Assembly (NCBI GenBank): GCA_963790475.1
Contig: CAWBOS010000011.1
Location: forward strand, 64,001 to 128,000
From: an uncultured delta proteobacterium
GTDB lineage: Bacteria; Desulfobacterota; RBG-13-43-22
Length of the DNA stretch: 64,000 bases
Direction: 5' to 3'
Shown: positions 10,310 to 21,307 of the stretch, piece by piece
Layout of the letters: every line of letters begins with the position of its first letter
How positions within the stretch are numbered: the first letter of the stretch is position 1
Program-made: the position numbers and the translations under genes
Notes under the pieces: generated by a model
Seen by the model: the letters and a program-made list of their open reading frames with translations, nothing else
What the model was told of the DNA's origin: nothing
Databases searched by the model: none

Positions 10310-10341
10310 TTTTCCCCCGGCGTTGGTCCGCCGGGGGAAAA
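10310..10341 (-). terminator. Rho-independent terminator after thiolase
   Basis: TTTTCCCCCGGCG-ttggtc-CGCCGGGGGAAAA perfect stem. Confidence 0.65.
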
Positions 10342-10399
10342 GTCTAGTGGTCGTCTGTGTGGGTCCGTGGCAAAATGGGTTTTATTCGGCCCTTCAGGG

Positions 10400-11635
10400 T
10401 CAAACCGCCTCCACCACGGTGGCGATGCCGACTCCGCCGCCGCCGCAGATCATCTGGAGGCCGGCCCTCCCCTTGGTGCGCTTGAGGTGATGGGCCATTT
10501 CCCCGAAGTAGATGACTCCGGATGCCCCAATGGGATGACCCAGGGCAATGGCCCCACCTGTCGGATTCACCCGGGGATCGAAACGGTCGTAGCCCAGATC
10601 ATCGGCAAACTGGAGCAAGGGGGAGGCGAAGGCTTCGTTGGGCTCGATGATGTCCATATCCGCGATGGTTTTGCCGGCCCGCTTGAGGGCTTTTCTCGCC
10701 GCCGGGATAGGCGCCAGGAGCATGGGCACCGGCTCCCCTCCGGCCACGGCACAGGCTGAAATCTTACAAAGAGGTTCAAGTCCCAGGGCCTCGGCCTTGT
10801 CGGCACTCATCAGCAGGACCGCAGCCGCCCCATCCACGATCTGCGAGGAATTGCCGGCACTGACCCGCCCTTTTTCCTTAAAAGGTGTGGGAAGGCCCAT
10901 AAGATCCTGGAGGTAGGCCTCAGGATCCTCCACCGCCTTGGCCCGAAGGACCTCGTCTTTTTCAACCTTTCGGGTCACTCCTTCATAGGTGAACTCGAAG
11001 GGAACAATATGTTCCGCAAACCAGCCCTTCCTCTGGGCCTCGATGGCCTTCTGCATACTCCACCTGCCAAAACGCTCCAGGTCCTCCCGGGTGTGCTTCT
11101 GGTCCTCGGAGATCATTTCGGCGCAAAGCCCCTGGGGCACGGACAGGCCGCCCTCCGCCAGGCGTTCCGACAACCGAACGGGATATTTGGCATCGATGGC
11201 CACCTGAATATCCGACATCATGCCGTAGTGGGACATGATCTCCACGCCCCCGCAGACAAAGATGTCTCCCTCCCCGGCCATGATTTCATGGGCAGCGATA
11301 TTGATGGCCTTGAGTCCGGCATTGCAATACTGGTTCACTGTGCAACCTGCCGCCTCGTTGGGGATACCGGCCAGGAGAGAGGCCACGCGCGCAATATTGG
11401 CCCCTTGTTCCCCGATCTGGCTCAGACAACCAATGATCACGTTTTCGATTTCCGATTCGTCGAATTTGGGGCTTCGGGAGTGAACCCTGTCCAACAATCC
11501 CCGGAGAATCCTGGCCAGGAAATCCTGAGCCGATGCCTGGCAAAGCTGGCCGCCTTTTTCCATTCCCTTGCGCCCCGATTTGCCGATAGCCGACCGTACC
11601 GCATCCACGACAACCACTTCTTTCAAACTTTTCAT
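10400..11635 (-). CDS. Thiolase (acetyl-CoA C-acyltransferase)
   Basis: NQYCNAG, NEAF, GHPIGASG, CGGGG. GGAGAGG RBS before ATG 11635. Confidence 0.93.
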   Translation of the reverse strand: MKSLKEVVVVDAVRSAIGKSGRKGMEKGGQLCQASAQDFLARILRGLLDRVHSRSPKFDESEIENVIIGCLSQIGEQGANIARVASLLAGIPNEAAGCTVNQYCNAGLKAINIAAHEIMAGEGDIFVCGGVEIMSHYGMMSDIQVAIDAKYPVRLSERLAEGGLSVPQGLCAEMISEDQKHTREDLERFGRWSMQKAIEAQRKGWFAEHIVPFEFTYEGVTRKVEKDEVLRAKAVEDPEAYLQDLMGLPTPFKEKGRVSAGNSSQIVDGAAAVLLMSADKAEALGLEPLCKISACAVAGGEPVPMLLAPIPAARKALKRAGKTIADMDIIEPNEAFASPLLQFADDLGYDRFDPRVNPTGGAIALGHPIGASGVIYFGEMAHHLKRTKGRAGLQMICGGGGVGIATVVEAV

Positions 11636-11779
11636 GTTTACCTCTCCTTCTTTTAAGGTTCTCTCCGCTGCCCTGCCGAGGCAAACCCACAAGGACATTC
11701 GGTATTCTTCTCGGCAAAGGCTTCTGTCAGGCCACACCATTAAATTTAAATAATCAAGAATATATTCTCAATTGTGGGG

Positions 11780-11809
11780 ATTATAGAATAGAGAGAAAAT
11801 AAGAGTCAA
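11780..11809 (-). promoter_or_regulatory. Sigma70-type promoter for thiolase
   Basis: Minus strand TTGACT-N18-TATAAT. Confidence 0.55.
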
Positions 11810-12019
11810 TGAATATTAAATCCGACTCCCAACGACGATATATTCCGAAAAATCCAAGCCAAAATGCCGTCCTGCGATCCGTCCTTTTGACACGGCCTTC
11901 TTTATTCATTGACAAAAACTATTTAAACTTGAAATAGTTAAACAGGTCGTAGTATACTTCTATAGTTGTAACTGAAAAAATAATCCTCTGTAAATTGGAA
12001 AAAGTGAGGGAGGTAAAGC

Positions 12020-13054
12020 ATGAAAGCAGCGATTTTAGAGAAAGGCATATTAGAAATAAGAGAGGTCCCCAAGCCCAGCCCAAAAAACGAAGAAGCCCTG
12101 GTCCGAATGATCACTGCCGGGGTTTGTCACTCGGATTTACATTTGGTCAGGGGGGATTGGCCACGGTTCGCCGTACCTTTTGCTATTCCCCTCGGTCATG
12201 AAGGAATCGGGATAGTCGAGGAATTGGGACCCGGGGCGGAAAAATTCGTCCAAAAAGGAGACCGGGTAATATTGGGCCTGGGCGGCGCCGGAGGAGGGTA
12301 TTGGTGCGGGGCCTGTGAGTATTGCCTCAGTGGGAGGCCGAGGCTTTGTAAAGAGACCAAGGGCATTATGGGGACTTATGCCGAGTACATTTCACTATGG
12401 GCAAAATCATTGGTGAAACTCCCGGATGAGGTGAGCAACCAGGAAGTGCCCCTGGCCTGCGGCGGATTAACCGCTTACAGCGCCGTTAAAAAACTTCTCA
12501 AGTATGAAATCCTTCCGGGAAAGCCGATAGCCATTGTCGGGGCCGGGGGTGGACTTGGCCACTATGCGGTACAAGTTGCCAAGGCTTTTGGATATAAAGT
12601 TATCGGGGTGGATGTTGGCCGGGAAAAACTGGATTTCATAAAAAGTTTGGGGGCCGATTATGCCCTGGATGCCGGGGAAGCCGCCCAATTCGTCAAAGAA
12701 AAATTCAAAGGGGTCTATGCCAGCATTGTCTTTTCTTCCAAGTTAGCCGGTTTTGAACTCGGATTAAAATTGATGAAACGTGGCGGGGTCTTTATTAGTG
12801 TAGGAATGCCGGCCGCCAGCGAAGGCTCCCTGTCTTTATCCCCGCTGGATCTGTTGGCCCGGGATCCCCTGATCATGTCCTCCGCTGTGGGTAACGTTGA
12901 GGAAATGAGGGAATTGGTTCAATTGGCGGCAGAGGGTAAAGTCAAAACGCACATCAGCCGGGAGGCTTGCCTCACAGAACTACCTCAGGTATTCGAGGAA
13001 TTGGAAAAAGGGGCCTATCCCGGCCGGGCGTTGATTAATGATATGACCCAATAA
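12020..13054 (+). CDS. Zn-dependent alcohol dehydrogenase
   Basis: GVCHSD, GHEG, CGACEYC..C, GAGGGLG. Confidence 0.93.
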   Translation: MKAAILEKGILEIREVPKPSPKNEEALVRMITAGVCHSDLHLVRGDWPRFAVPFAIPLGHEGIGIVEELGPGAEKFVQKGDRVILGLGGAGGGYWCGACEYCLSGRPRLCKETKGIMGTYAEYISLWAKSLVKLPDEVSNQEVPLACGGLTAYSAVKKLLKYEILPGKPIAIVGAGGGLGHYAVQVAKAFGYKVIGVDVGREKLDFIKSLGADYALDAGEAAQFVKEKFKGVYASIVFSSKLAGFELGLKLMKRGGVFISVGMPAASEGSLSLSPLDLLARDPLIMSSAVGNVEEMRELVQLAAEGKVKTHISREACLTELPQVFEELEKGAYPGRALINDMTQ

Positions 13055-13079
13055 CGCTCGAGGGCGTAAGAGGACATAT

Positions 13080-13616
13080 ATGACACCCAAACAATTTTAC
13101 GACTGGCAAACCTCCGGCGGGACCGATGATGTCATGCGTCTAGTGGATTGCCTGGAAAGGGCGGATATTGTCTGGTGTGCCATCGGCGGAATCGCCGTTA
13201 ATCATTGGGCCGAAGAGCCGATGGTCACCCAGGATGTGGATCTGGTGATTGCCGTCGAATCCGTGGAACGGGCTGTCTGCCTTTTGGAAGAAAGCGGCTT
13301 CAAGGCGGAACGCTTTCCCTGGTCCGTTAATCTGAGGGGTCGATCCAGGTTAACCATTCAAATAAGCACCGGGGAGTTCTACCGGGATTTCCCTGGCCGA
13401 TCAGTCCCGGCGGATGTTCATGGGATATTAATGCGGGTGGCCTCACTCGAAGATACATTGCATGGGAAAATGAAAGCCTGGGAAGATACGGAACGAAGGC
13501 AGAGCAAGAAAATCAAAGACCTGGGCGATATCGCCCGGCTGGTGGAAAGCCACCCCCATTTATGGCCGATGCTTAATAAAGAACTTAAAACTCTGATTCA
13601 ACGGCCTTCCATTTAA
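13080..13616 (+). CDS. Nucleotidyltransferase-fold protein
   Basis: IGGIAV, TQDVDL, R..K..KD..D pattern. Confidence 0.65.
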   Translation: MTPKQFYDWQTSGGTDDVMRLVDCLERADIVWCAIGGIAVNHWAEEPMVTQDVDLVIAVESVERAVCLLEESGFKAERFPWSVNLRGRSRLTIQISTGEFYRDFPGRSVPADVHGILMRVASLEDTLHGKMKAWEDTERRQSKKIKDLGDIARLVESHPHLWPMLNKELKTLIQRPSI

Positions 13617-13716
13617 CCAAATATCGGCTTCTCAACCTATTACTGAGGACTTTTCCTTTGCTGTATCCGTTGAGGTCTTTCCCGATATTTTACCCTTTAG
13701 AGGCCTTATCAATTCC

Positions 13717-16212
13717 ATGACAGACCCCCCAGACAATCCTCAGCTCCAGTTGGCCTTCGAATATGTGCAGTACACCGGCCGGAACCTATTTCTAACCGGG
13801 AAAGCCGGGACCGGCAAAACGACTTTTTTGCACACCTTGAAAACGCAGTCGCCCAAGCGGATGGTTGTCGTGGCGCCTACGGGGGTGGCGGCCATCAATG
13901 CCGGCGGGGTCACCATTCACTCCTTCTTCCAGTTACCCTTCGGTCCCCTGGTACCGGATATGGAATCCGGCGGCGACAAACCAGGAGGCCATTACCGCTT
14001 CAGCCGGCAAAAAATAGATATTATCCGCAGTCTTGACCTGCTGGTCATCGACGAGATCAGCATGGTGCGCGCCGACCTGCTGGACGGCATTGACGCGGTC
14101 CTGCGCCGCTTCCGCGGAGGCAGCCGGCCTTTTGGCGGTGTGCAATTGCTGATGATCGGCGATTTGCAGCAACTGGCCCCGGTGGTCAAAGACGACGAAT
14201 GGGAAATCCTGCGCAGCCATTATCAGACGGTGTTCTTTTTCAGCAGCCAGGCCTTGGCCCGGACCCGGTTCGTAAGTATCGAGCTGCAACATATCTACCG
14301 GCAAAGCGATGCCCGGTTCATCGATCTGCTGGCCAAGGTCCGCGAAAACCGGATGAATGAGTCCGACCTGATCGCCCTTAATAAACGCTGCCATCCGGTC
14401 TTGGCCGAAGAAGCGCCTGAAGGCACCATTACCCTGACCACCCACAATTTTCAGGCCCGGAAAATCAACGAAGCCCGGCTGGCCGCCTTGCCCGGCAAAG
14501 AGAAACGGTTCGAGGCCCGGGTGGAAGGTGAATTTCCCCCCTACGCCTTTCCGACGGATTCTGAATTAGTGCTCAAGCCCGGGGCCCAGGTGATGTTCGT
14601 CAAGAACGACAGCTCTCCTGAAAAGTTGTTTTTCAACGGCAAGATCGGCCGGCTTAAACGGATCTCCGAAAACGGGCTGGTGGTCGAGTGCCCCGGTGAT
14701 CCCAAACCAATCCTGGTTGAACCCGCCGAATGGAAAAACATCAAATACACACTGAACGAAGAGACCAAGGCGATTGAAGAAACCGAGTCCGGGAAATTCA
14801 TTCAGTTTCCCCTCAAACTGGCCTGGGCGATCACGATTCATAAGAGCCAGGGACTTACCTTTGATAAAGTCATCATCGATGCCCGGACCGCTTTTGCTGA
14901 CGGCCAGGTTTATGTGGCCCTGAGCCGTTGCCGGACCCTCGAGGGACTGGTGCTCAGCACCCCTATCGAAAACCGCAGCATCAAAAGCAGCGCCGTCGTC
15001 GGGGAATTCACCCGCATCCTCGAACAAAATGCCCCGGATCAAGACCAACTCCAGGAAGCCAAACGGGATTATCAGATAATGCTTCTCGATGAGCTGTTCG
15101 ATTTTTCAAACCTGTTGCGTTGTCTGTTCTCCTGCCTGAAAATCACCAGCGAGTACAAAAGCATATTGGCAGGGGTCACTCCTGCCTTTTTCGGGGGAAT
15201 TATTGATGCTGCCAAGGCGGAAATAACCGGAGTGGCCGACAAGTTCACCCTTCAGCGCGGGCAGATCGTCAAAGAGACTGGTGATCTGGAAACCAGTCCG
15301 TTGCTCCAGGAACGGGTGGGCAAGGCCGCCGAATATTTTTTCGGGAAAATCGAATCACTGGTGGCCCAACCCCTGCAAGCCGTTTCGTTTGAAACCGACA
15401 ACCGCGAAGCCCGCCAGGACCTGCAAAAGGTCCTGGAGGCCGTGCTCAAGGAAGCGGCGGGGAATTTGTACTGCCTCAATGCCTGCCGATCAGGCATCGT
15501 CTTTGCTGATTTTCTCAAAGTGCGCGCACAATCCTTATTCCAGGAACCGGCTACCAAACCGGTTCCTCGGAAAGAAGACCAGGGGGCGATATCCGACACC
15601 TTCAGCCACCCGGAGCTTTTTGACAGACTTAAACAATGGCGCGCGGCCAAAGCTAAGAAAGCCGGGCGGCCTGCATTTTGGGTGCTTCACAACACGGCCC
15701 TGGCTGAGATTTCCGAAAGGCTGCCGGCTTCAAGTGAAGAACTCTGCGTAATCAAGGGGTTGAAAGGCAAGAAAGGTAAAGCCCTGGGATCTGAAATCCT
15801 GGAGCTGGTCGGCGAATACCGATTGGAACACAACTTGCCTAAGTCTCAAGCGGTGCAGGAAATCGAGAGCGGCCGGCCGGCAAGAGAAAAATCCAAAAAG
15901 CCAAAAACCAAAGAAGAATCCCTGAGACTCTTTCTTGAAGGACGGAGTACAACCGAAGTGGCAGCGCTGCGGGGTCTGACCTTGACGACGGTCGAAGGTC
16001 ATCTGGCTCATTTTGTCGGTACCGGGAAACTGAGTCTGGACCGGCTCATGGAACCGGAAAAAGCGGCCCGTATCGCCGCCTATTTCCAGGGCAATCCCTA
16101 CCAGGGCCTGACTCCGGCCAAAGAAATCCTGGGGAAAGACGTATCCTACGGCGACCTTCGGTTCGTTTTGAAAGATCTCGAGCGCCAGAGTAAACTCAAA
16201 ACCGGCTTTTAG
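13717..16212 (+). CDS. Pif1/RecD-like helicase with HRDC and C-terminal HTH domains
   Basis: GKAGTGKT, APTGVAA, DEISM, GDLQQL, AWAITIHKSQG, YVALSR. HRDC-like L.QWR..A...PAF.V. Confidence 0.9.
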   Translation: MTDPPDNPQLQLAFEYVQYTGRNLFLTGKAGTGKTTFLHTLKTQSPKRMVVVAPTGVAAINAGGVTIHSFFQLPFGPLVPDMESGGDKPGGHYRFSRQKIDIIRSLDLLVIDEISMVRADLLDGIDAVLRRFRGGSRPFGGVQLLMIGDLQQLAPVVKDDEWEILRSHYQTVFFFSSQALARTRFVSIELQHIYRQSDARFIDLLAKVRENRMNESDLIALNKRCHPVLAEEAPEGTITLTTHNFQARKINEARLAALPGKEKRFEARVEGEFPPYAFPTDSELVLKPGAQVMFVKNDSSPEKLFFNGKIGRLKRISENGLVVECPGDPKPILVEPAEWKNIKYTLNEETKAIEETESGKFIQFPLKLAWAITIHKSQGLTFDKVIIDARTAFADGQVYVALSRCRTLEGLVLSTPIENRSIKSSAVVGEFTRILEQNAPDQDQLQEAKRDYQIMLLDELFDFSNLLRCLFSCLKITSEYKSILAGVTPAFFGGIIDAAKAEITGVADKFTLQRGQIVKETGDLETSPLLQERVGKAAEYFFGKIESLVAQPLQAVSFETDNREARQDLQKVLEAVLKEAAGNLYCLNACRSGIVFADFLKVRAQSLFQEPATKPVPRKEDQGAISDTFSHPELFDRLKQWRAAKAKKAGRPAFWVLHNTALAEISERLPASSEELCVIKGLKGKKGKALGSEILELVGEYRLEHNLPKSQAVQEIESGRPAREKSKKPKTKEESLRLFLEGRSTTEVAALRGLTLTTVEGHLAHFVGTGKLSLDRLMEPEKAARIAAYFQGNPYQGLTPAKEILGKDVSYGDLRFVLKDLERQSKLKTGF

Positions 16213-16222
16213 TGCTTTAAAT

Positions 16223-16939
16223 ATGGAAAGGTTTATCCCTCCCGACATGAATACAATCTCGGCCATAAAAGTAATCAGCACCGATCTATTCCGTACGCTG
16301 GTCAAGGTGGACGAAAATCGAGGTTTTATCTGGCGGACCTTGATGGGAGAAAACTATAACGATAAACTCGCGCAGAAGTATTGGGAAAGGGCCACCGAGA
16401 TTCTATTCAATAATCTGGATGCCGCGGCGGCCCAGTTAGACCCCTTCAAAAACATCCGGGACATTTTTATCGAAAGCTATACCCTGCTTTTTGAAGAAAT
16501 AAACTTCCAGTATGACCCCCGCTTAGCGGCGGAGACCTTGTTTCAAGGTCATAAACTGGATCATCTCTTTGAAGACACCCGTCCTTTTTTGCAGGCTGCC
16601 GGATCCCGATTTCCAATTTGTCTGTCCACGGATTGCGACAGCGATATGCTGAATGGCATTGAGAATATTTATGGGTTCGACAAGATATTTGTCTCCGAAC
16701 AGATGAAAACCTATAAGGAGCATCCACTATTTTTCACCCAGGTACTGCAACATTACCGGTTAAAGCCCAAGAATATTCTACACATCGGAGATTCCAAATC
16801 CGACATCCTCACCCCTAAAAAATTGGGCCTCCAAACCTGCTGGGTAAACCGTTCCGGAGAAGAATGGAAGCACGAAATCAAGCCGGATTTCGAAGTAAAA
16901 TCCTTGCTGGACATTTTGGAAATTCTGGGTATCAAATAG
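16223..16939 (+). CDS. HAD-family hydrolase
   Basis: DLFRTL motif I variant, K.HP, HIGDS.SDI. Confidence 0.8.
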   Translation: MERFIPPDMNTISAIKVISTDLFRTLVKVDENRGFIWRTLMGENYNDKLAQKYWERATEILFNNLDAAAAQLDPFKNIRDIFIESYTLLFEEINFQYDPRLAAETLFQGHKLDHLFEDTRPFLQAAGSRFPICLSTDCDSDMLNGIENIYGFDKIFVSEQMKTYKEHPLFFTQVLQHYRLKPKNILHIGDSKSDILTPKKLGLQTCWVNRSGEEWKHEIKPDFEVKSLLDILEILGIK

Positions 16940-17030
16940 TTTCCGATCTCCCACCTCGGATTATTGGAACTACGAGATGAAAGGTTATTTTTTCCGGAAT
17001 CACTAACTCTTTCCATAGGAGCATCAAGCC

Positions 17031-18374
17031 ATGTCGAAACCCAGAGATGTTGAAGAAGAGGGGCCGGCCGGAAAAAATCATAGCGGCAAACGGGCGATAA
17101 TCATTATGTCCTTCGCCCAATTCTTTGATTTTACCGAACCGCAGATCTTGAATACCATGTATGTTTCCATCCAATCGGCACTCAATCTGGCCGACAGCGC
17201 ACTGGGTTATTTAACCGCCGTCAAACGGGGTGTCGAAACGGTTAGCGTTTTTATCTGGGGTATGCTCTCCGATCGTTTTCGGCGCCGGGAGATACTGGCC
17301 GCCTCGACCCTGCTGGCTGCCGTCGGAGCGATACTGACGGGCTTTTCACAGAAGTTCGCCTTTTTTTTCGTGGTAACCATGATCGCCAATGTGGGCGCCT
17401 GTGCGATGGAAGGGCAGACCAACTCCGTCTTGTCCGATTTATATCCGGTCAAGGAACGGGGCAAGGCCTTCGGTTTTTTACGCGGTCTGGCCTATTCAGG
17501 ACTTATATTTGCTTTAGTGGCTTTCAGTCTTCTTTCCGATCATGCGCCGTCAATGGGGTGGCGTATGGCCTATTGGGGTTTTGGTGTTTTGGGAATAGGG
17601 GCCAGTCTGGCCATTTGGAAGTGGCTTGAAGAACCGATACGAGGGCAGACTGAGGCAGCCCTTGAAGGTGTCTCCTTGGATATCATAGAAGAAAGGGAAT
17701 CCCGTGCTTTTAGTATTCGGGAGGCGATGAACCAATTCCGCGTGCCGACGATCATGGTGGATATCGTCAACCTGATTCTACTGGGTTTTCCGAAAATCAT
17801 GCTGGTCAATTTTTCGGTCACCTTCTTTGTCAAGGTTAGAAACATCCGGGAAGGATTGGCCATATTGATCACTCTGTTGGGATTGATCGGTTTTATTGTC
17901 GGAAGCATAACCGGCGGTCTGCTCGGCGATCGAATGGGGCGGCGTATGGGCGAAAAAATGCGTCTGGTGACCGGCCATTGTGTGCTGGCTATCCTGGTCG
18001 TTATGACTTTTCTGGTCTTCGGCGTCCCTTTCCATTCCCTGACCCTGTATATGATCGTGGCCTTCTTCACGGCCTTCTGCGTTGAATTTATGTACAGTAT
18101 CACCCGTGTGGTGGTTTCGGCGGCCCTGTTACCGGAAGTTCGAACGGTTGGTTTCTCGATCGGCCGAATGGCTGACTCCTGCGGTTCAATAATAGCCAGC
18201 CTGATTTACGCCTTTGTCGTGGCGGATTATGGGATTGGAGATTCGGTACTTTGGCTGAGCGTCGGCGGCGCCCTACTGGCATTTTTTCAATACTTTGGGT
18301 ATTATTTTACTTTTTCCCGGGATGCTGATCGGATGCAAAAACAACTGGCTGTGCGTATCCAAGGGCGGCCATAG
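17031..18374 (+). CDS. MFS transporter
   Basis: GMLSDRFRRR motif A, GLLGDRMGR, about 12 TM segments. Confidence 0.9.
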   Translation: MSKPRDVEEEGPAGKNHSGKRAIIIMSFAQFFDFTEPQILNTMYVSIQSALNLADSALGYLTAVKRGVETVSVFIWGMLSDRFRRREILAASTLLAAVGAILTGFSQKFAFFFVVTMIANVGACAMEGQTNSVLSDLYPVKERGKAFGFLRGLAYSGLIFALVAFSLLSDHAPSMGWRMAYWGFGVLGIGASLAIWKWLEEPIRGQTEAALEGVSLDIIEERESRAFSIREAMNQFRVPTIMVDIVNLILLGFPKIMLVNFSVTFFVKVRNIREGLAILITLLGLIGFIVGSITGGLLGDRMGRRMGEKMRLVTGHCVLAILVVMTFLVFGVPFHSLTLYMIVAFFTAFCVEFMYSITRVVVSAALLPEVRTVGFSIGRMADSCGSIIASLIYAFVVADYGIGDSVLWLSVGGALLAFFQYFGYYFTFSRDADRMQKQLAVRIQGRP

Positions 18375-18446
18375 CCGGTGGATCTATTGGGAAATAAAGA
18401 GTAACCCCCCCAACAAAAAGAAGCAGAAGGCATGATGGTTTGGGGC

Positions 18447-18614
18447 CTACTTGATCATCAGGGCCAGACCGCTGAGTAGCAAAGCCAGGTAGGTCAAAAC
18501 CTGGGAAAACCGGGCTTTAACGTGAATGAGACTGGCCGCGATGATATCGATTACCAGCCCCGGCAGCCCCCAAGCGGTCACGGTCAGTATTTCCGCGTTA
18601 ACCAGGGCGTTCAA
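18447..18614 (-). pseudogene. C-terminal remnant of a membrane protein (possibly TauE/SafE-like)
   Basis: LNALVNAEILTVTAWGLPGLVIDIIAASLIHVKARFSQVLTYLALLLSGLALMIK*; no N-terminal part visible. Confidence 0.35.
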
Positions 18615-18732
18615 CCGCCTAATATCAAGGCCAGTCGTCTTGCTTAAATTTAATATGCCCCCGATTGCATAGGGATATGGATTTTTTGGGTAGAGGAGGA
18701 AAAAGAAAGTACGGGGTGGGGAAGGTAACTTT

Positions 18733-19383
18733 TTATCCCACCAGTATCAATCCGGCAACCCAGGACAAAGGGTCGGCGGTCGCTTCGGCTTTATTGATCT
18801 TGATATTCGCCGGCCACTCGCAGACCATCATCAGTTCGGAAACATTGATGCCGAAACCGGACATGGAAGGTCGGGCCTGCTCCGGATTGCGGCATTCCCC
18901 TTCTTCCGATAATACCTGGCAGGCCCCATATTCATAACAAAAAATTTGTTTACAGGATCCCCCGGCAAAGGCCCTTGAATTTGAAAAACCCATTTTGACG
19001 GCCTCCTGTTCGATGCCGGCAACTATTTCATGGAGCAACCGCATTATTCCTCTGCGTTCCTCAGAGAAAAGGGCTGCCGAAGGAACAACCAATCTTACGA
19101 TAACGGCGTATTCAAGGTTTTTCTGTAATTGGCGAAATTCTGCCGGTCCGCCCACGTGGGGTGGGCAGCTCGGAGACAATCCGAAATTTTCGCATTTGGG
19201 TTCCCTGCAAAGATTGGCCAGACTATCTTCCACGGAAATGTCCTTGGAAGATATAAGTCGGGCATCGCTGGCCCCAAATGCTTTGGCCGAGCGAACCAGC
19301 TCTTCTAAATTCGGATCCACTTCATCTTTTTTTAGAATGTGTTTGCGAGCCAGGGCTGGTAAGTTTATTGGATTTTTTTCCAT
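18733..19383 (-). CDS. DUF2284-like predicted metal-binding protein
   Basis: C..PKC.NFG..PSCPP, AGGSCK.IFC, C.NP..ARPSM...GINV. Confidence 0.75.
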   Translation of the reverse strand: MEKNPINLPALARKHILKKDEVDPNLEELVRSAKAFGASDARLISSKDISVEDSLANLCREPKCENFGLSPSCPPHVGGPAEFRQLQKNLEYAVIVRLVVPSAALFSEERRGIMRLLHEIVAGIEQEAVKMGFSNSRAFAGGSCKQIFCYEYGACQVLSEEGECRNPEQARPSMSGFGINVSELMMVCEWPANIKINKAEATADPLSWVAGLILVG

Positions 19384-19649
19384 AATAGCCTTTAAAAAAA
19401 AGGGACACTTCCCTGTTAGATCGACCTTTTTCAAGGCAAAAACAATTCGGGAAGTATCCCTGAATGAGTATCGCGATCAGGAGTGAGTCTGCCGGTTTAT
19501 CTCTTCAATATCACCACACCGCTGTTAGATCTGGACTCCCCTCCCGGGAAAAGAGGTCCTTGTCAATTTAGATAATCGGCCCTTCCCCAGGCCAGGACTT
19601 AATCGTCCTCAGCCTGCTGACCGATTTTTTACGGGTCCGTCAGTTGAAT

Positions 19650-20813
19650 CTATGCTCTTTTAAGGATCGTAAAGACAGCATTGGGACCGGCGCCGCTGCT
19701 ATGGCATAGGCCGATCCTGGCTCCTTCAACCTGCCTTGGCCCGGCTGCCTCACGCAATTGTGTGATAACCTCGGCGATCTGCCGGGCTCCCGTAGCTCCC
19801 AGGGGGTGTCCACATCCCACGAGGCCTCCGTCGGTGTTGGCCGGGAGCTTCCCACCGATGTCAAAGGTGCCTTCCTGCAACAGCCGCGGCGACTCGCCGG
19901 GTTTGCAAAAACCCATGTCTTCGATGTCTGTAAGAAACGCCGGTGCCATTGCCTCATAGACCTGAATAAGGTCCATATCCTCCGGCCCATAGCCGGAGAT
20001 TTCCCAGGCCTGTTTCACGCCTTCCTTGACCAGGTTAGTGGTCGCTTTGAACTTTACGCTCCCCTCCCCATAAATTCCGGTCGTATGCACGGAGGCCGCT
20101 ACCTCGACCTTTTTTGTCCGGGCAATGCCGGATTTGAGTTTGTCCCCGCTGCAGAGAATGATAGCCACCGCTCCGTCCACCATGGCTGCGGCATGCATCA
20201 GGCGTACCGGAGCGGCCACGACACGGGATTTGATGACATCCTCGACGGTTACCTCTCCACCCTGATACCACCGGGCATAGGGATTCAGATTGGCGTTTTT
20301 GCGCTCCAGTACCACCACCCGGGCTAAATCCTCCTCCGTGGCCCCATAGTTTTCCATGTACCGCACCACCCCTTGGGCATAGTTGGCCGGCTGCACGTTG
20401 AACCCCAGCGCTAATTCCCAGGGTTTGAACGCGGTGCTGGCCAGCAGGCCGCGGCCCATTTTTTCAAAACCCAACACCGCGACCACATCATAAATTTCGG
20501 TGGCCACCATCAGATAGGCCATCCGAAAGGCAGCAGAAGAACTCGAGCAGGCCTGCTCCATATTGATGATTGGGATCCCGGTAAGCCCCACCTCGGCGAT
20601 CACCTGATGGCCCTTACCGGTTCCGGCGTAGACGTTTCCGCAAAAAGCCGCCTGGACATCCTTCCATTCCATCTCCGATTCATCTAAGCAGTTTAAGAGG
20701 GCTTGGCTGGCAAAGTCATAATATTCCTGGTCTTCATAGCGCTGAAAGCGGACGCGGCCGAGCCCTCCGATATATACCTTCCTCATTGCTCTTAATTCGC
20801 TTATGGATTTCAT
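19650..20813 (-). CDS. SCP2/Ltp2-like thiolase-family protein
   Basis: QACSSS, NTDGG, GHPLGATG; lacks the C-terminal CxGGG; adjacent to a DUF35 partner. Confidence 0.88.
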   Translation of the reverse strand: MKSISELRAMRKVYIGGLGRVRFQRYEDQEYYDFASQALLNCLDESEMEWKDVQAAFCGNVYAGTGKGHQVIAEVGLTGIPIINMEQACSSSSAAFRMAYLMVATEIYDVVAVLGFEKMGRGLLASTAFKPWELALGFNVQPANYAQGVVRYMENYGATEEDLARVVVLERKNANLNPYARWYQGGEVTVEDVIKSRVVAAPVRLMHAAAMVDGAVAIILCSGDKLKSGIARTKKVEVAASVHTTGIYGEGSVKFKATTNLVKEGVKQAWEISGYGPEDMDLIQVYEAMAPAFLTDIEDMGFCKPGESPRLLQEGTFDIGGKLPANTDGGLVGCGHPLGATGARQIAEVITQLREAAGPRQVEGARIGLCHSSGAGPNAVFTILKRA

Positions 20814-20817
20814 TGGC

Positions 20818-21264
20818 TTAAACTCCTCTCTCCAATCCCTGGATCGGCCTGAATTTATGAGCCAGGACTTTGTTGCCCTCTTCATCGACCCCGAGTTCTT
20901 CAATTACCAGTTCCACGGGCATTCCGATATGCAGTTTATTGAAATCGCCTCCCGTAAACAGCGCCTGGACCCTGACGTTCGGGAGATTGATCCAGCCGTA
21001 AGCGTAGGGGACCTTGCCCAGGAAATATTTCGCGGGTTGCTGCATGATGACGCTGAAGCTGTGGATTTTACCTTTGCGGTCAAGTTTCAGGTCTTTCAGG
21101 CCCCGGTGACCGCAGCGAATGCAGACCCCCTTCTCCCTTTTGGGGAAGAACACCTCTCCGCAGGCGGTACACTCACTCCCGATCAATTGCGGCTTCTCAT
21201 CAGGAGAGGCTGGGGTGGTCCATAATCCCTCCCGGACCGGTATGGTCTTTCCGTCATTAGTCAT
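20818..21264 (-). CDS. DUF35 Zn-ribbon/OB-fold protein (thiolase partner)
   Basis: CTACG.VFFP....CIRC, GKIHSFSV, PYA.G, IGMPVEL. Confidence 0.88.
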   Translation of the reverse strand: MTNDGKTIPVREGLWTTPASPDEKPQLIGSECTACGEVFFPKREKGVCIRCGHRGLKDLKLDRKGKIHSFSVIMQQPAKYFLGKVPYAYGWINLPNVRVQALFTGGDFNKLHIGMPVELVIEELGVDEEGNKVLAHKFRPIQGLERGV

Positions 21265-21307
21265 GGATAAACTCCTTTTTGAGATTATTTATCTATTTTC
21301 ATAGATT